Assembly (NCBI RefSeq): GCF_030028105.1
Contig: NC_092372.1
Coordinates: 172,242,058 to 172,306,057 of the forward strand
Direction of reading: 5' to 3'
Length of the DNA: 64,000 nucleotides
From: Mobula birostris
Taxonomy: Eukaryota
Shown: positions 37,965 to 50,640 of the stretch, in pieces
Layout: each line of letters opens with the position of its first letter
Position numbering within the stretch: the stretch's first letter is position 1
Program-made: the position numbers and the translations under genes
The notes under the pieces: generated by a model
What the model was told of the DNA's origin: nothing
The model's database searches: none
Seen by the model: only the letters and a program-made list of their open reading frames with translations

Positions 37965-39448
37965 CATTGGCGCTGCTTCCTGCACGCATGCAGAACTCGT
38001 TGACTTTATTAACTTTGCCTCCAACTTTCACCCTGCCCTCAAGTTTACCTGGTCCATTTCCAACACCTCGCTCCTCTTTCTAGATCTTTCTGTCTCTGTC
38101 TCTGGAGGCAGCTTATCCACTGATGTCTACTATAAGCCTACTGACTCTCACAGCTATCTGGACTATTCCTCTTCTCACCCTGTCTCTTGCAAAAACGCCA
38201 TCCCCTTCTCGCAATTCCTCCGTCTCCGCCGCATCTGCTCTCAGAATGAGGCTTTTCATTCTAGGACGAGGGAGATGTCTTCATTTTTTAAAGAAAGGGG
38301 CTTCCCTTCCTCCACTATCAACTCTGCTCTTAAACGCATCTCCCCCATTTCACGTACATCTGCTCTCACTCCATCCTCCCGCCACCCCACTAGGAATAGG
38401 GTTCCCCTGGTCCTCACCTACCACCCCACCAGCCTCCGGGTCCAACATATTATTCTCCGTAACTTCTGCCACCTCCAACGGGATCCCACCACTAAGCACA
38501 TCTTTCCCTCCCCCACTCTCTCTGCATTCCGCAGGGATCGCTCCCTACACAACTCCCTTGTCCATTCGTTCCCCCCCCCCCATCCCTCCCCACCGATCTC
38601 CCTCCTGGCACTTATCCGTGTAAGCGGAACAAGTGCTACACATGCCCTTACACTTCCTCCCTTACCACCATTCAGGGCCCCAAACAGTCCTTCCAGGTGA
38701 GGCAACACTTCACCTGTGAGTTGACTGGGGTGATATACTGCGTCCGGTGCTCCCGATGTGGCCTTTTATATATTGGTGAGACCCGACGCAGTCTGGGAGA
38801 CCGCTTTGCTGAACATCTACGCTCTGTCCGCCAGAGAAAGCAGGATCTCCCAGTGGCCACACATTTTAATTCCACATCCCATTCCCATTCTGACATGTCT
38901 ATCCACGGCCTCCTCTACTGTAAAGATGAAGCCACACTCAGGTTGGAGGAACAACACCTTATATTCCGTCTGGGTAGCCTCCAACCTGATGGCATGAGCA
39001 TCGACTTCTCTAACTTCCGCTAGGCCCCACCTCCCCCTCGTACCCCATCTATTACTTATTTTTATGCACACATTCTTTCTCTCACTCTCCTTTTTCTCCC
39101 TCTGTCCCTCTGAATATACCTCTTGCCCATCCTTTGGGTCCCCCCACCCCCGTCTTTCTTCCCGGACCTCCTGTCCCATGATCCTCTCGTATCCCCTTTT
39201 GCCAATCACCTGTCCAGCTCTTGGCTCCATCCCTCCCCCTCCTGTCTTCTCCTATCATTTTGGATCTCCCCCTCCCCCTCCAACTTTCAAATCCCTTACT
39301 CACTCTTCCTTCAGTTAGTCCTGACGAAGGGTCTCGGCCTGAAACGTCGACTGCACCTCTTCCTACAGATGCTGCCTGGCCTGCTGCGTTCACCAGCAAC
39401 TTTGATGTGTGTTGCTTGAATTTCCAGCATCTGCAGAATTCTTGTTGT
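37965..39448 (+). mobile_element. Penelope-like element (RT C-terminus + GIY-YIG endonuclease), 5'-truncated, with 12-bp TSD
   Basis: ORF 37945-38700 (FHPALKFT, FLDLSV, YYKPTDSHSYL) and, after a frameshift in a C-run, 38697-39023 (VIYCVRCSRCGLLYIGET...RFAEH). TSD ATGCTATGTAGG at 37953-37964 and 39449-39460. Confidence 0.95.
39317..39352 (+). ncRNA. Minimal type I hammerhead ribozyme in the Penelope terminal repeat
   Basis: AGTC-CTGACGA-AGGGTCTCGGCCT-GAAA-CGTC-GACT: stem I AGTC/GACT, intact CUGAnGA and GAAA cores, GUC cleavage triplet. Minimal hammerheads are an established feature of Penelope-like elements. Confidence 0.8.
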
Positions 39449-40069
39449 ATGCTATGTAGGTGCCGGAATGTACCATACCAACAATGTTAACTTTGGCAAT
39501 GAGAGTGTGGTCTAATGGTGCTCAGTGTGTCCACGCAGATCTGATCATGAGTGTCTTGCGGGCTGCCCCCAGCATATCCACAGTTTGTGTTGGTTGATAA
39601 TGCAAACGGTGCATTTCAGTATTTCAATCTACAGGAGACAAATAAATAAATTAATAAAGAACTATAAATCATACAGTTTGCAACCATTCATGATCCGATC
39701 TGGGTGGGCCACATTGAGCACCATTGGACCACACTCTCATTTGCCAAACTGCTCACTGTCCAGATTATCCTGGACCACTGAGATGATCTCACCCTCTTTG
39801 TCTACTGCAAACTATCCTGTTTGAAGAAATACAATAAAAACTTTATTCATATAAAATTCTGAGGAAGTTTGACAGGGTAAATATTCAGAGGATGTTTGTC
39901 TTCATGGAGGAGTCTAAAACAGGCAAGCGTAGTTTTAAACAAAAGGGTGACGCAAGATGAATGAACATTATTGACCTTCGGAATTCTCTATTTCAGAGAG
40001 CTGTGAAGACTGAGTTCCTACAATCTACCCAATTTATGCCATCTCAAATTTGCATACCACTTTAAGGTA

Positions 40070-43000
40070 CCCTGAATTCCCTCTCCTCAAGGACCACCCC
40101 CCCCCCCACTCCTGTACACCACCTCAACCCTTCTGTTGAAGGAAAACAAACCCATTCTACCTAATCTCTCTTTATAACTGAAGCAGTCCATCCCAGTCAA
40201 CAGCCTGGAAACCTTCTCCGTACCCTCTCTCATATAATCGTATCCTTCCTCTACCGTGATTACCAGAAATGCACTCTGTACCTCAGCTGTGGTCTAACCA
40301 ATGTTATAAAAAAACGTGCTTCTCCTCCCTGCCCTTATATTCTATGACCCACCTAATTAAGGCAGGTGGCCCATAGGCGTTCTTCGTCTCTTTATCTGTC
40401 TGTGTACAGCTCACTTCATGAACAAGAGAGTCATATTTGTGGTGTTTTGTTCTGTTGTCATACTTCTGGAACTCGGTACTTTTGGAAAACTTCAAGTATT
40501 TGCTCTACTATACTTGCCATGTACTTAAAAACCTTTAATTGTAGGCCATCTTGTTCAGATGACCTATCTGCCTTAAATCCCATTACTTTTTCCAAAACTT
40601 TGTTTTCTCATGATGAAGAGCATTGCAAATTCTTCCATGCTGTTCTGCATTTAATATTTCAATCATATTTTAATAATCTTATTTGCATTGTTTTATTAAG
40701 CATTCTTGGTCATTTAAATAATTCATTACGGGTTATATGCAAAAATATATTAAGTGTATACATCAGCATGCTATCATGTGATATGTGATTGACTCGCTTA
40801 AAGATGAAATTACACCCACATTTCAGACTCCTGCATTTCTCTTTGAATTAGTTTAATGTTTTGAAGCTACAAAATGTACCATCGGCAACAAAGTATTTTC
40901 AAAATGAATCTGAGATGTTTGCCAACCTGTCAAAGCAGAGGGAGACATTTGAACTAAAAAAAAATACTGCGAGGAAGGTCAAATTTTAAAGAAACAGCCC
41001 AGTATGTGAGACATTGAGTTTTTTAAAAAGGCTGCAAACAGAAGAATTCAGGGTTCATAAAGAGTGAGTACCAGGTGATAATTATTTAAAAAATGCTTTT
41101 CTGGTGACTGATGATTTGATTACACAAGAGGTAATTGGCTCATGTATACTGATCTACTGGAACAGTACTCTGAAGCAAATGAAATAGCCAGTGAGAAGCG
41201 AGTGCCAATTTTGCTGAGTTCATTAGGTTTAAAGGCATACAGTTTGCTTTGAACTTTGACTGCTCCATACGGACTATCAGAAATAGGCTTTGCCGCTATT
41301 GTAAAAATAAAACAGGAACACTTAGAACCCAAGTCATTGTTGATTGCAGAATGCTTCAGATTTCATAAGCAGAATCAAAAGGAAGGGGAGTCCATTTCAA
41401 CATACGTGGTTGAATTGAAGAGATTGAGCATTGTCAGTTCAGTAACGGGCTTAATGATACACTGACATATCATTTAGTTTGTGGAATCTTGCAAGAAAGC
41501 ATTCAGAAAAAGGCATTTAACTGAAATACATTTAAAAGAAAGGTAGACCTTTCTGTTTCAATGAATACCACAGACAGAGGCAGAATTGAGATGCAGTCAG
41601 GAATGAAAGTGAGTGTGAACAAAATTGCAATGTCTAAACAGAAACCGGTCTGGCCAAACAGATTGTTACCATTGTGGTAGGGGCTCACATTCACCAAACA
41701 TATGTAGACTTTAAAGGTGAAACTTGCAGAAAGTGCAACCAGGTAGGACGCATCCAAAGAGCATGTCGGGCAGACAAAAATAAATGTACAGGGAAGAGAA
41801 AACACAAAGAAGTCAAGTTGCAGTTTCAAAAAGTGCACTAATCTGCATGCTGTTGATGAAAAATCTTATAACAATGAGAGTAACATAGGATTGTGCAGCC
41901 TTGAGATTTGCAGTGTGAAAATTATCAATAGACAAGCAATATGGCTTACGCCAGAAGTGAACATTAAATTAATTAAGATGGAATTGGACACTGGTCAGCT
42001 GTTTCAGTCATTACACAAATGAATTTGAATGGCATTTTAAAGATACTAAACTGAAGCATGCAGATATCCAACTATGAAGTTATACTGGAGAAAAGATAAT
42101 TCCTGTGAGAATGACATCCATAACAGCGAGGTACAAACAACAACAGCAAACCACATGAGCTTGTACGTGCTAAAAACAGGAGGACTATATTGTGGGAGCG
42201 TTATTAACTGAGACATCTACAACTTGACTGGAGGTTCATCCACCACTGGTATGCCACTTCCCCTGCTATTAAAGCGAATTAAGAAATGTACTGGATGATG
42301 CTACGTCGGTCTTGATGCCAAATACTATGACCTGTTGCCCAGCAGAAGACACGGGTGTTGTTGCCAACCCCTGTACCTCTGGTTGGAAAGTATATTGTAC
42401 AAGGAAGGACCACGCTGCTCAGAGGAATCATGAAAGTGACACAAACAGTGGTCGGTCTGACTACAATGGATTTTGTTAGCAACGTATCCGAGAAAGCTTC
42501 TGATAGGTTAATCAGGCAGTTACTTGTGAAATGTGGCTTGGTTTTAAGCTGGAAGAAAGTTCAAGTAGCTTCAGTAAAATTGTAAGCATTCAGCTTTTGT
42601 GAGTATAAAGAATCAGAATCTATTCTGCATTCATTAAGGTTATTGCATAAACTTCAACTGGGGAGTCAAAAAGCTGCTTGTAAAAGTAGATGCAAAGACC
42701 AAAGCCCAGCTGGATAAGTGGAAGGCTAAGAGAAAGGAGTCCATGCAGATAAGAGGACTTATATACTTATACAGTTGTTGTATTATTTGGTATACTGAGT
42801 ACATAGTTGAGTTACATTCTCCATTGAGTTGGAATTTATAGCTAAACAGGGAGGAGTGTTCTGTGTTTTATACTTCAATAATATTTGTACTGTTTGATTA
42901 AGCATTCCCCACTTAAGTAATTCATTACAGGTTATACGTAAAAGTAAGTTAATTGCATATATCATCATTCTACCACGTGATACGTGCGTGCCTCGCTTAA

Positions 43001-43650
43001 AGTAAAACAAAGTTACACCTGCATTTTGGACTTCCATGTTTTTCTTTGAATTAGTTTAATATTTTGAAATTACAAATCATAACGCGTGTTATTTGAAATC
43101 CTGTCTCTTTTCTTTAGGATACCTTCTTTGTGAATGCTGATGCAAAGTATTGGTTTAAGTTATTTACCATTTCCTTGTTTACTTTTCTTAATTCCACCAC
43201 TGCCTTAAGGACCTGTAGTCTACTCCCATCCATAGTTTCTTTCCCTGCTGTTATTTCGATCTAAACCAATTCCGTATCACATTCAAATGCATCTATAATG
43301 TTATTTTACCACTGAGCTGATACTTTTAATAAATAACACTTGAATACTTGTTTTTCCTTTTTGTCTATTCATTTGGAACATCAAATAACCTGGAATGTTA
43401 AGTTCCCAGTCTTGGTAAGCTCAGAAACCATGTCTTTGAATTAGCCATTAAATAAAACTCAATTATTTCTATATGTGCCTGCAACTCATCTACTTTGTTA
43501 CAAAATTTGCGTGTTTCAGTTGGAGACCTAATCTTTAATTTTTTTACTTTTTCTGCTGACTTCAAATTCAAATTCTGATGGACACTTCTGCTTATTTGTT
43601 TTGCCTTTCTTTTGTCATGCTTTCGTTTCAACCACCACTTCACCATCCGG
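40070..43650 (-). mobile_element. Highly degraded CR1 LINE hosting a Gypsy insertion
   Basis: CR1-like minus-strand segments at 40070-40640 and 43085-43650 (NKVDELQAHIE...KTW in ORF 43398-43646). Confidence 0.6.
40641..43084 (+). mobile_element. Internally deleted Mag-type Gypsy element with both LTRs
   Basis: 5' LTR 40641-~40880 and 3' LTR 42857-43084 both start TGTTCTG and share ctcgcttaaag and tttgaattagtttaat. PPT CAGGGAGGAG at 42847-42856. Gag remnants (EHLEPKSLLIAECFRFHKQNQKEGESISTY) and protease ELDTG. Flanks CATGC/CGTGT suggest a decayed 5-bp TSD. Same family as 19085-20680. Confidence 0.85.
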
Positions 43651-43899
43651 TACCACTGCTCTCAATTTTTGTTATAATATAGAACAGTACCGCCTAGCCC
43701 ACAATATTGTGTCAAACCAATTAGGTTTTTAATTCATTAAACGTTCTGCCACTTGAACTCTCCCCTACACCCACACCTAATTTAAAATCCTATATTTTAG
43801 AACCTGCATCTAGCTAGTGTCTCAGATGAAAGTTGAAAGTCTATAATCCCTCCCCCCATAGCTCTTAAATTTATATAAAAAGTATCATCATATTTTGTG

Positions 43900-45413
43900 C
43901 ATTAGTTCTCCAGAAAAAAGCAGTGCACGATAAAAAGCAGCACGTGCCCCAAGCAGCTGCTCTCCCCTGGATTCGAAACGGCATTCTCGCCGGCATTGCT
44001 TAAACACGTGCCTGTGAGCAGCCGTTAGCAAGATAAGTTCTAAGGTATCGGAAAAGCCTGAAAGATCTCGTAAGGGTGTTACACTTAGCGTAAAACTAGA
44101 CATAATTAAGCGTTTCGATCGTGGTGAACGAAGTAAAGACAAAGTGAGTTTGGTTTGTGGAAGCTGACGAAGATGATGTTGAAGAGGTTTTGGCATCCCA
44201 TGACCAAGAACTCATAGATGAAGAGCTGATGCAATTAGAAGAGGAAAGGATAACAATCGAAACTGAATGCAGTAGCGAACGGACTGAAAGTGAAGTCGTC
44301 CAGGAACTGAACGTGAAGCAACTGCGTGAGATTTTCGCTGCAATAATAAAGTACAACTTTAATTTTGAAAGGGTACGTCGGTTTAGGGCATATTTGTAGG
44401 ATGATTTGAGTCCTTACAAAGAACTATATGATCTAAAAATGCACGAGGCTAAGCAGTCAAGCAAGTCTTCCACATCAGCCACAGCAGACGACGAACCTCG
44501 ACCTTCGACTTCGAGGCGGGCAGTCATAGGAGAAGATGACCTGCCTGCCCTGATGGAAACAGACGACGAGATGACACCCCAGTGTCCCACCACCCCAACC
44601 TCCGGGCCGCAGACAGATATCGATCCGCGAAGAATGCAGCAGTAGCCGGGACGCACCCAGCACATCTTTAAGAAAAAAAGCCAAAATAAACAAGCTAATT
44701 AATTAGGTGCCGGCATGTAAATGTCTGCCCAGATCAGAGGCGATTGCCGATTGCGTTGCCCCTGATCTGGGCCGACATTTATGTGCCAAGCGACACCTAA
44801 TTAATTAGCTTGTTTATTTCGGCTTTTTTCTTAAAGATGTGCTGAGTGCGTTCCAGCCACCACTCTACCACTGCATGCTTCGCGGATCGGTATCGGTCGG
44901 TGGCCCAGAGGGTGGGAGCCACTGCACCACTCCAACCTCCGATGACTCAGCCTAACACACCATCAACAGTGTGCTTGATGTCTTCCCAATTCCCGTAAGT
45001 GATACTACATTGTACATACATTATTTCTACTTTATATAGGCTGTGTATTTTTAGGTGTTATTTGGTATGATTTGGCAGCTTCGTAGCTTAAAGGTTACTG
45101 GAGAGCGTGTTTCTGCCGAGAGCGTTTGCATGAGATTTTCGCTACGGAGAACAGTGTGGCAATGATTGTGGAAAGTATTTCTACTTTATATAGGCTGTGT
45201 ATTCATCATACCATTCCTGCTTTTACTATATGTTACTGTTATTTTAGGTTTTATGTATTATTTGGCATGATTTGGTAGGTTATTTTTGGGTCTGCGAACG
45301 CTCACAAAATTTTCCCATATAAATTAATGGTAATTGCTTCTTTGCTTTACGACATTCCAGCTTAAGAACCGTTTCGTAGGAACGCTCTACCTTCAGATGG
45401 CGGGGGAAACCTG
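43900..45413 (+). mobile_element. Tigger/pogo-derived non-autonomous element (left TIR not found)
   Basis: 44035-44145 SSKVSEKPERSRKGVTLSVKLDIIKRFDRGER (psq HTH start) fused to a C-terminal acidic part EDDVEEVLASHDQELIDEELMQLEEE. Right terminus ...GGCGGGGGAAACCTG followed by TA. Confidence 0.8.
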
Positions 45414-45452
45414 TATATTACTCGACTTTGAAGTAACAAAACAGGGGATATA

Positions 45453-45772
45453 TGAGGGGTGATTGATAAGTTTGTGGCCTAAGGTAGAAGGGGTCAATCT
45501 TAGAAAACCTAGCACATTTATTTTTCAACATAGCCCCCTCCTACATTTACACACTCAGTCCAGCTGTCGTGGAGCATACGGATCTCGGACCTCCAGAAAG
45601 TGTCCACAGATGGGTGATTGATAGGTTCGTGGCCTAAGGTAGAAGGAGATGAGTTATACAGCTCTCGTTACATGCACAAGCAGGTCGAGTCTTTGAGTGA
45701 TTGTGCAGAAAGTTTTAAGTTAATAACTCATCTCCTGCTACCTTAGGCCACAAACTTATCAATCACCCCTCG
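45453..45772. mobile_element. Mariner-type MITE
   Basis: TA TSDs. ~35-bp TIR (C/T)GAGGGGTGATTGATAAGTTTGTGGCCTAAGGTAG at both ends, plus a third internal TIR copy at ~45612-45655. Confidence 0.9.
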
Positions 45773-46339
45773 TACATATAAGACTGCAACTACATGTGGG
45801 CTAATTTAATTATTTAACAAGTATAAATGGAAAGGCATAAATTCATATAAGCCCAAGGTTGTATTAACTCAGTATAAATAATTCATATTACAGAGACTAC
45901 ATGATCTTTAATATAATTCTTCACTGGAAAACAAAAATCGTTAGTTGCACATTAATCACTTTAGACATATCAATCCCAGGTACAATCCTTCTATGGTTCT
46001 CCTTTAGGAGCAAGTCTTTTTGATCTATCCAAGTATTATATTTTGCTTCTAACCTTAGGGAATCAATGATTTTAAAAGTACTTGATATCTTGAAAAGCTG
46101 GGTGAGGTAGACAAGATAATATACACTTGTGAATAATGTGGAACATAACCATACTGAATTACCTGAAGTAAGAGGCATGAAGCAAATTTATCAAGGTCAA
46201 AATGTCATTTTTAGTTGTACAAGTTGAAAGATCTATGCCCAGAAGTAATTCTCATCCTGCATAGAAGAACACCACAGCTACCTGGGTCTCATTTATCTAC
46301 CCTGCACTTCGCATTATTGAATAATAACTTTGACAAATC

Positions 46340-47090
46340 AGCTGCTTGAGTGCACTCACATCAGCAGGACCAAAGAATTATTTGTGGACTTTAGGAAGCG
46401 GAAGTCAAGGGAACATACACCAGTCCTCATCAAGGAATTGATGAGCAGTTTCAAGTTCTTCAGTGTCAACATCTCTGAAGATCTATCTCGGGCCCAACAA
46501 TTATAAAAAAGGCATGATTGTGGCTATATTCCATTAGGAATTGAGGAGACTTGTCACCAAAGACTCTTACAAATTTCTACAGATGTACCATGGAGAGCAT
46601 TCTAACTGGTTACATCACCATCTGGTATGGAGGGGCCACTGCAAAGGATCTGAGAAAGCGGCAGAAAGTTACAAGTTCAGCCACCTCCATCGCAGATGGG
46701 CACTAGCCTCCCCAGCGATGAGGACATCTTCAGGAGGCGATACCTTAAAGAAGGCTGCATTGATCATTAAGCACCTCCACCACCCAAGACATGCGCTCTT
46801 CACATTGCTGCCATCGAGGAGGAAATAAGGAGCCTGAGGACACACAGTTAATGTTATAGGAACAGGCTCTTCCCCTCTTCCATCAGATTTCTGAACGGAC
46901 AATGAACCATGTAAACTACCTCACTGATTTTTTTCTTTTCCGCTCTCTTTTTGCATTACTTATTTAATGTAATTATATATATCTTATTGTATTTTGTTTT
47001 CTTATTATGTATTGCAAAATATTGCTGCTGCAAAACAGCAGATTTCGTGACATATACCAGTGATATTAAACCTGATTCTGATCCTGATTC
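46340..47090 (+). mobile_element. Rex1-type LINE 3' fragment
   Basis: accatggagagcattctaactggttacatcacc...HPRHALFTLLPSRR. Tail aaacctgattctgatcctgattc. Confidence 0.8.
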
Positions 47091-49169
47091 CATTTTTTCC
47101 AGTGACTGACAATATGCAAATTGCTTCCTGCTTTCTGTTATCCTAATTTCTTGAAACCTAATAGTTCTCAAGGTGCTCCTTAAAGGCTAAACTTCATGAA
47201 GTCCAAGAGCCACAAGGTTACCATTCAGCTAGAAATTGAAAATAACAATATAAAAACATTGCTCTGTAATTTGAAAGATACTTTACCATTTCTCATGGGG
47301 AAATTTATCTCAGAAGTGCTATCTGTTTATTATTCTGTATTTTTACAACTGTCCTGACCACACAGTTTTGCAATGTGGGGAAATCAAAGTAAAATATCCA
47401 TTAATAAATTGAAAGGGTTAAGTATGAATAAGCAACAACCCTTCAGTAGTAAGCACCCATAAACAAAATGTATATGCATTTTAAAGCTCCTAGCAATAAT
47501 TTGCACATTTAACCCATTGGTAAATAGCCTGCTTTCACCAATGATCAATTAATATGCTGCTCATCTATGATCATAACAGAAAAAACAGTATCATAAGAAA
47601 TTGACATAACATCTATAATCTCTACTCCCACGCCAACATTGAATATTTCAGGAACATACTGGATAGTTATATTCGGTAAGGTCTGCCTCTTACACAAATT
47701 AATGAGCAGCCCCTTTGAAGAGCTTAGGTTTAATAGAGCCATGGAGTACCAGGGATCTCATTGATCTATTGAAGCTAAGACTCAGGTGCCTGGTTAGGTC
47801 TCCAGGTTTACATTGATGTTTTACGCAAAAGGGTAGAAATTATTCATGTCCATTTTATAAATTAAGAATTGGAAAAGAATTGTTAAAAACGTACTGCACC
47901 CGCAAAGAGGTCAAAAATCTGTCTTTGTTTTCCTACACATCACCTCCCTTTCTTGACACTCATCTCAATGACCAAATGATAAAGCAGAGCATCTAAAGCA
48001 GCAAATGAAACAACAAAACATAACCTTCCTGAATCCATGTTTCATACACGAATCAATGCATAGCACCTCCTTTATGTAATGTTTTACTAAATATACCACA
48101 CATACATGATGGTCCTACTGAACTTCCAGTAAATGTGGCAGTCAAACATTGCTGTGTTTCTGACACCGTGGGTGGTTGTAGGCTGAGGGCTTGGCAGAAG
48201 AGCAGTTGTGTTGTCGAGGACAGTGCACGTCATTCCCATTACATCAGATCCCTTCCCTTGTGTCTTATCAGTTCAACTGATCTGTGAGAACAGAATGCAG
48301 GAGATGAAACATTTCTCCATCAGCTCCTCCTCCGAGGGGTCCAGAAACAGGATGCCAACCACTTAAGCTTCCACAAAAGTGAGAAAAGCTGGCCACCTCA
48401 GCCTCTACTGGCATAGTAATGTTGCAGCATGACTGGAGATTCAGCATGCTCCAAAAAGTGTCACAGAACGCGGACACTTTCTGTTCTTATGCAGTGTCTC
48501 AGTACTTGCAAACTTGGCAGGGTTACGAAGAACTTCTGCAGTTCTTGGGAAAAGAATAGCAGCCTCACTTTCAAGTCTGGACTCATGTAGTCTACAACTC
48601 TGCGCTGCTCAAAGAAGCTGGAATTACCTCAGCCCTCCAGACATGGATATACCTTGACAGCCTTATTTCATCTGCTCTTACTCGATGTTAGACTGTGCCT
48701 TCTCTCATCTCCTCTACACAGCAGCTGAGGTGGCGTCCTCAGTGCTGTTTCATGAGAGGAATGGAGAGCATTTCCAAGAAAACTGTGCACACCTCAGTGA
48801 AAACCTGCAGGGCTCTGATGTTGAGAAATACCCCAGAGAGTGAAAGTATACAGCTGTTCCATAAAGACATACTGTACATAGGCAGACGGCAGCTTCAGAA
48901 ATACAACTTCATGTTGTCAAAATGATGAAATGTCTAGTTTATCTTCTTCTGTTCCTGCTCTCTATAGTACAGTGCTTTGATACCTCTGAAGAAAAGGAGA
49001 GCAAGTTTTATCACTGAAATCATGGATGCATGGTGTCTAAGATGAGGAGAGACATATGGAAAACATAAACAAGTTGAAGAGTTTTCGAGTCAAAAGGAAG
49101 TGGTTGAAGCAAAAGAGTTGTGTTGACTCTAGAACCTCAACAGAATGCTGCATCACTGCTATGAAGTGC

Positions 49170-50640
49170 GGTGGAAGTTGCTGTAAGACTACGGTTAAAG
49201 ACAACCTCCAGGGGAGAATGACTGCATCGGTGTTTAGTCAAACCTTTGAAATAGGACTACCAGAGCCAACTTTGCTTACTGCAGGCAGATAGGCGAGTAG
49301 GACTGCGGCAGTGTGGTCAAGGTGGCACCTGTATACAACACTTCCTTGGTTGACATCTTCCAGAAAGCAAATGAAAATAGCTTTTTTACTTCTATGTCTC
49401 TTTTTCACCTTAAATGTGTTTCTGGGACTGTTGGAGCCTGCAATTTACAGCCTGGATATTGTTCGAGTGATCCAGCACTTTGCTGGCTCTGAGAAGATTC
49501 CAAGAAGCAAGCACGTACTTGGATGACCTCGATGCGAAGAAACTCTGAGACGGGGTGTGAGTCGCTGTTCAACTCCATTTTCTTGTTTAAAGCGTCCATT
49601 AATCGCCGATTAAAGCATCAAGTAAGACTGAGATATCGAGCAGAATGCAGAAGGTGAGTGACAGTATCAGCGCCAACTGTCTGCTTTTTGATCGCTGCCA
49701 GAGGAGTCTGTGAGTGGCCCATCACTGTCTGGCTCACTGTGGCAGGCTGGGAGGCCTCTCTGCCTTATGTGGTGTCCCTCTCTTTTGATAATTGTTGGTC
49801 ATATTGTAGGATGGTATTGAGGTTCTGTGTTTATGGATTGGACTGTTGTGTTTATGGATTCTGGACTTTTTCAGAATATAGGTTTTATATTCCGTGTTTT
49901 TTTTATTGCCCATTTCTTTACTGTTTTGTTGTGCGAGGGGAAGGCGTTTGTGGATTGATGTTCTGTTAGTCTTTTGTGCGAGGGATGGGGTAGTTTTTTG
50001 GGGGGTCTGGTCGATGTTCCTATTCCATTTTGTGTGAGGTGATGGGGGCTTTGGAGGTTGGTGGTCAGGGTACCGTTCTTATTTGTACGGAGGGGGGGTT
50101 AATGTTTCTCTCTGAAAGACTTACCTGTTCTTTCCTTGTTTCATAGTTATCTGGAAAAAAGACAAATTTCAGAGTTGTATATCGTTACATACTTTGATAA
50201 TAAATGAACCTCTGAACCTTTTAATCAACCTAGAAGAACATAGTTTCCCTTTACACAGTAGGGGTACCGGAGACAGAAGAGACAGAAATTGTAATACACC
50301 CAACAGCTACGGGAACAATTGCTTTGTTAACGCCAAAGTGTCATCAATTGTCTGTTTGTAGATTCCATTGACTTATAACATCAATGGTGATTGATCTTGC
50401 AAGTAAGGAATTCAAACATATACAATTTGGTCAATATCTGTAACTGAGAAGTGAATTCTGTATTAAAATAGCAGTTTTCTGTCCTGGCTTCAGAACAGTG
50501 CGTGTGACAGGAGCCATGCTGTTCTCTTGTGCACAAGTAAATTAAAGAAGTTTGAGTCATAAGAATACATGTGCTCTGGGTCCAATCATTTTAGTTATTT
50601 TATTTACTATCAGCAATGACAATTACTTTGATGTTCCACC
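49170..50640 (+). repeat. ERV 5' LTR (interrupted at ~49316-50222)
   Basis: GGTGGAAG...TTCCACC inverted termini. Collinear with 24858-25358 and 62764-63789. TATA-like at ~50461, ATTAAA at 50541. Confidence 0.78.
49316..50222 (+). mobile_element. ~0.9-kb non-coding retroposon with a Rex1-type 3' tail, inserted in the 5' LTR
   Basis: Absent from the 3' LTR, where ggcagtgtgtaatcaacctag is contiguous. Begins tcaaggtggcacc. Ends tactttgataataaatgaacctctgaacc, like the tail at 16615-16650. Confidence 0.65.

Noticed and set aside
48100-49165. Probable ancient LINE remnant flanking the ERV
   Set aside because: Too degraded to assign a family or boundaries. The same applies to 18150-18750 and 25980-26330.
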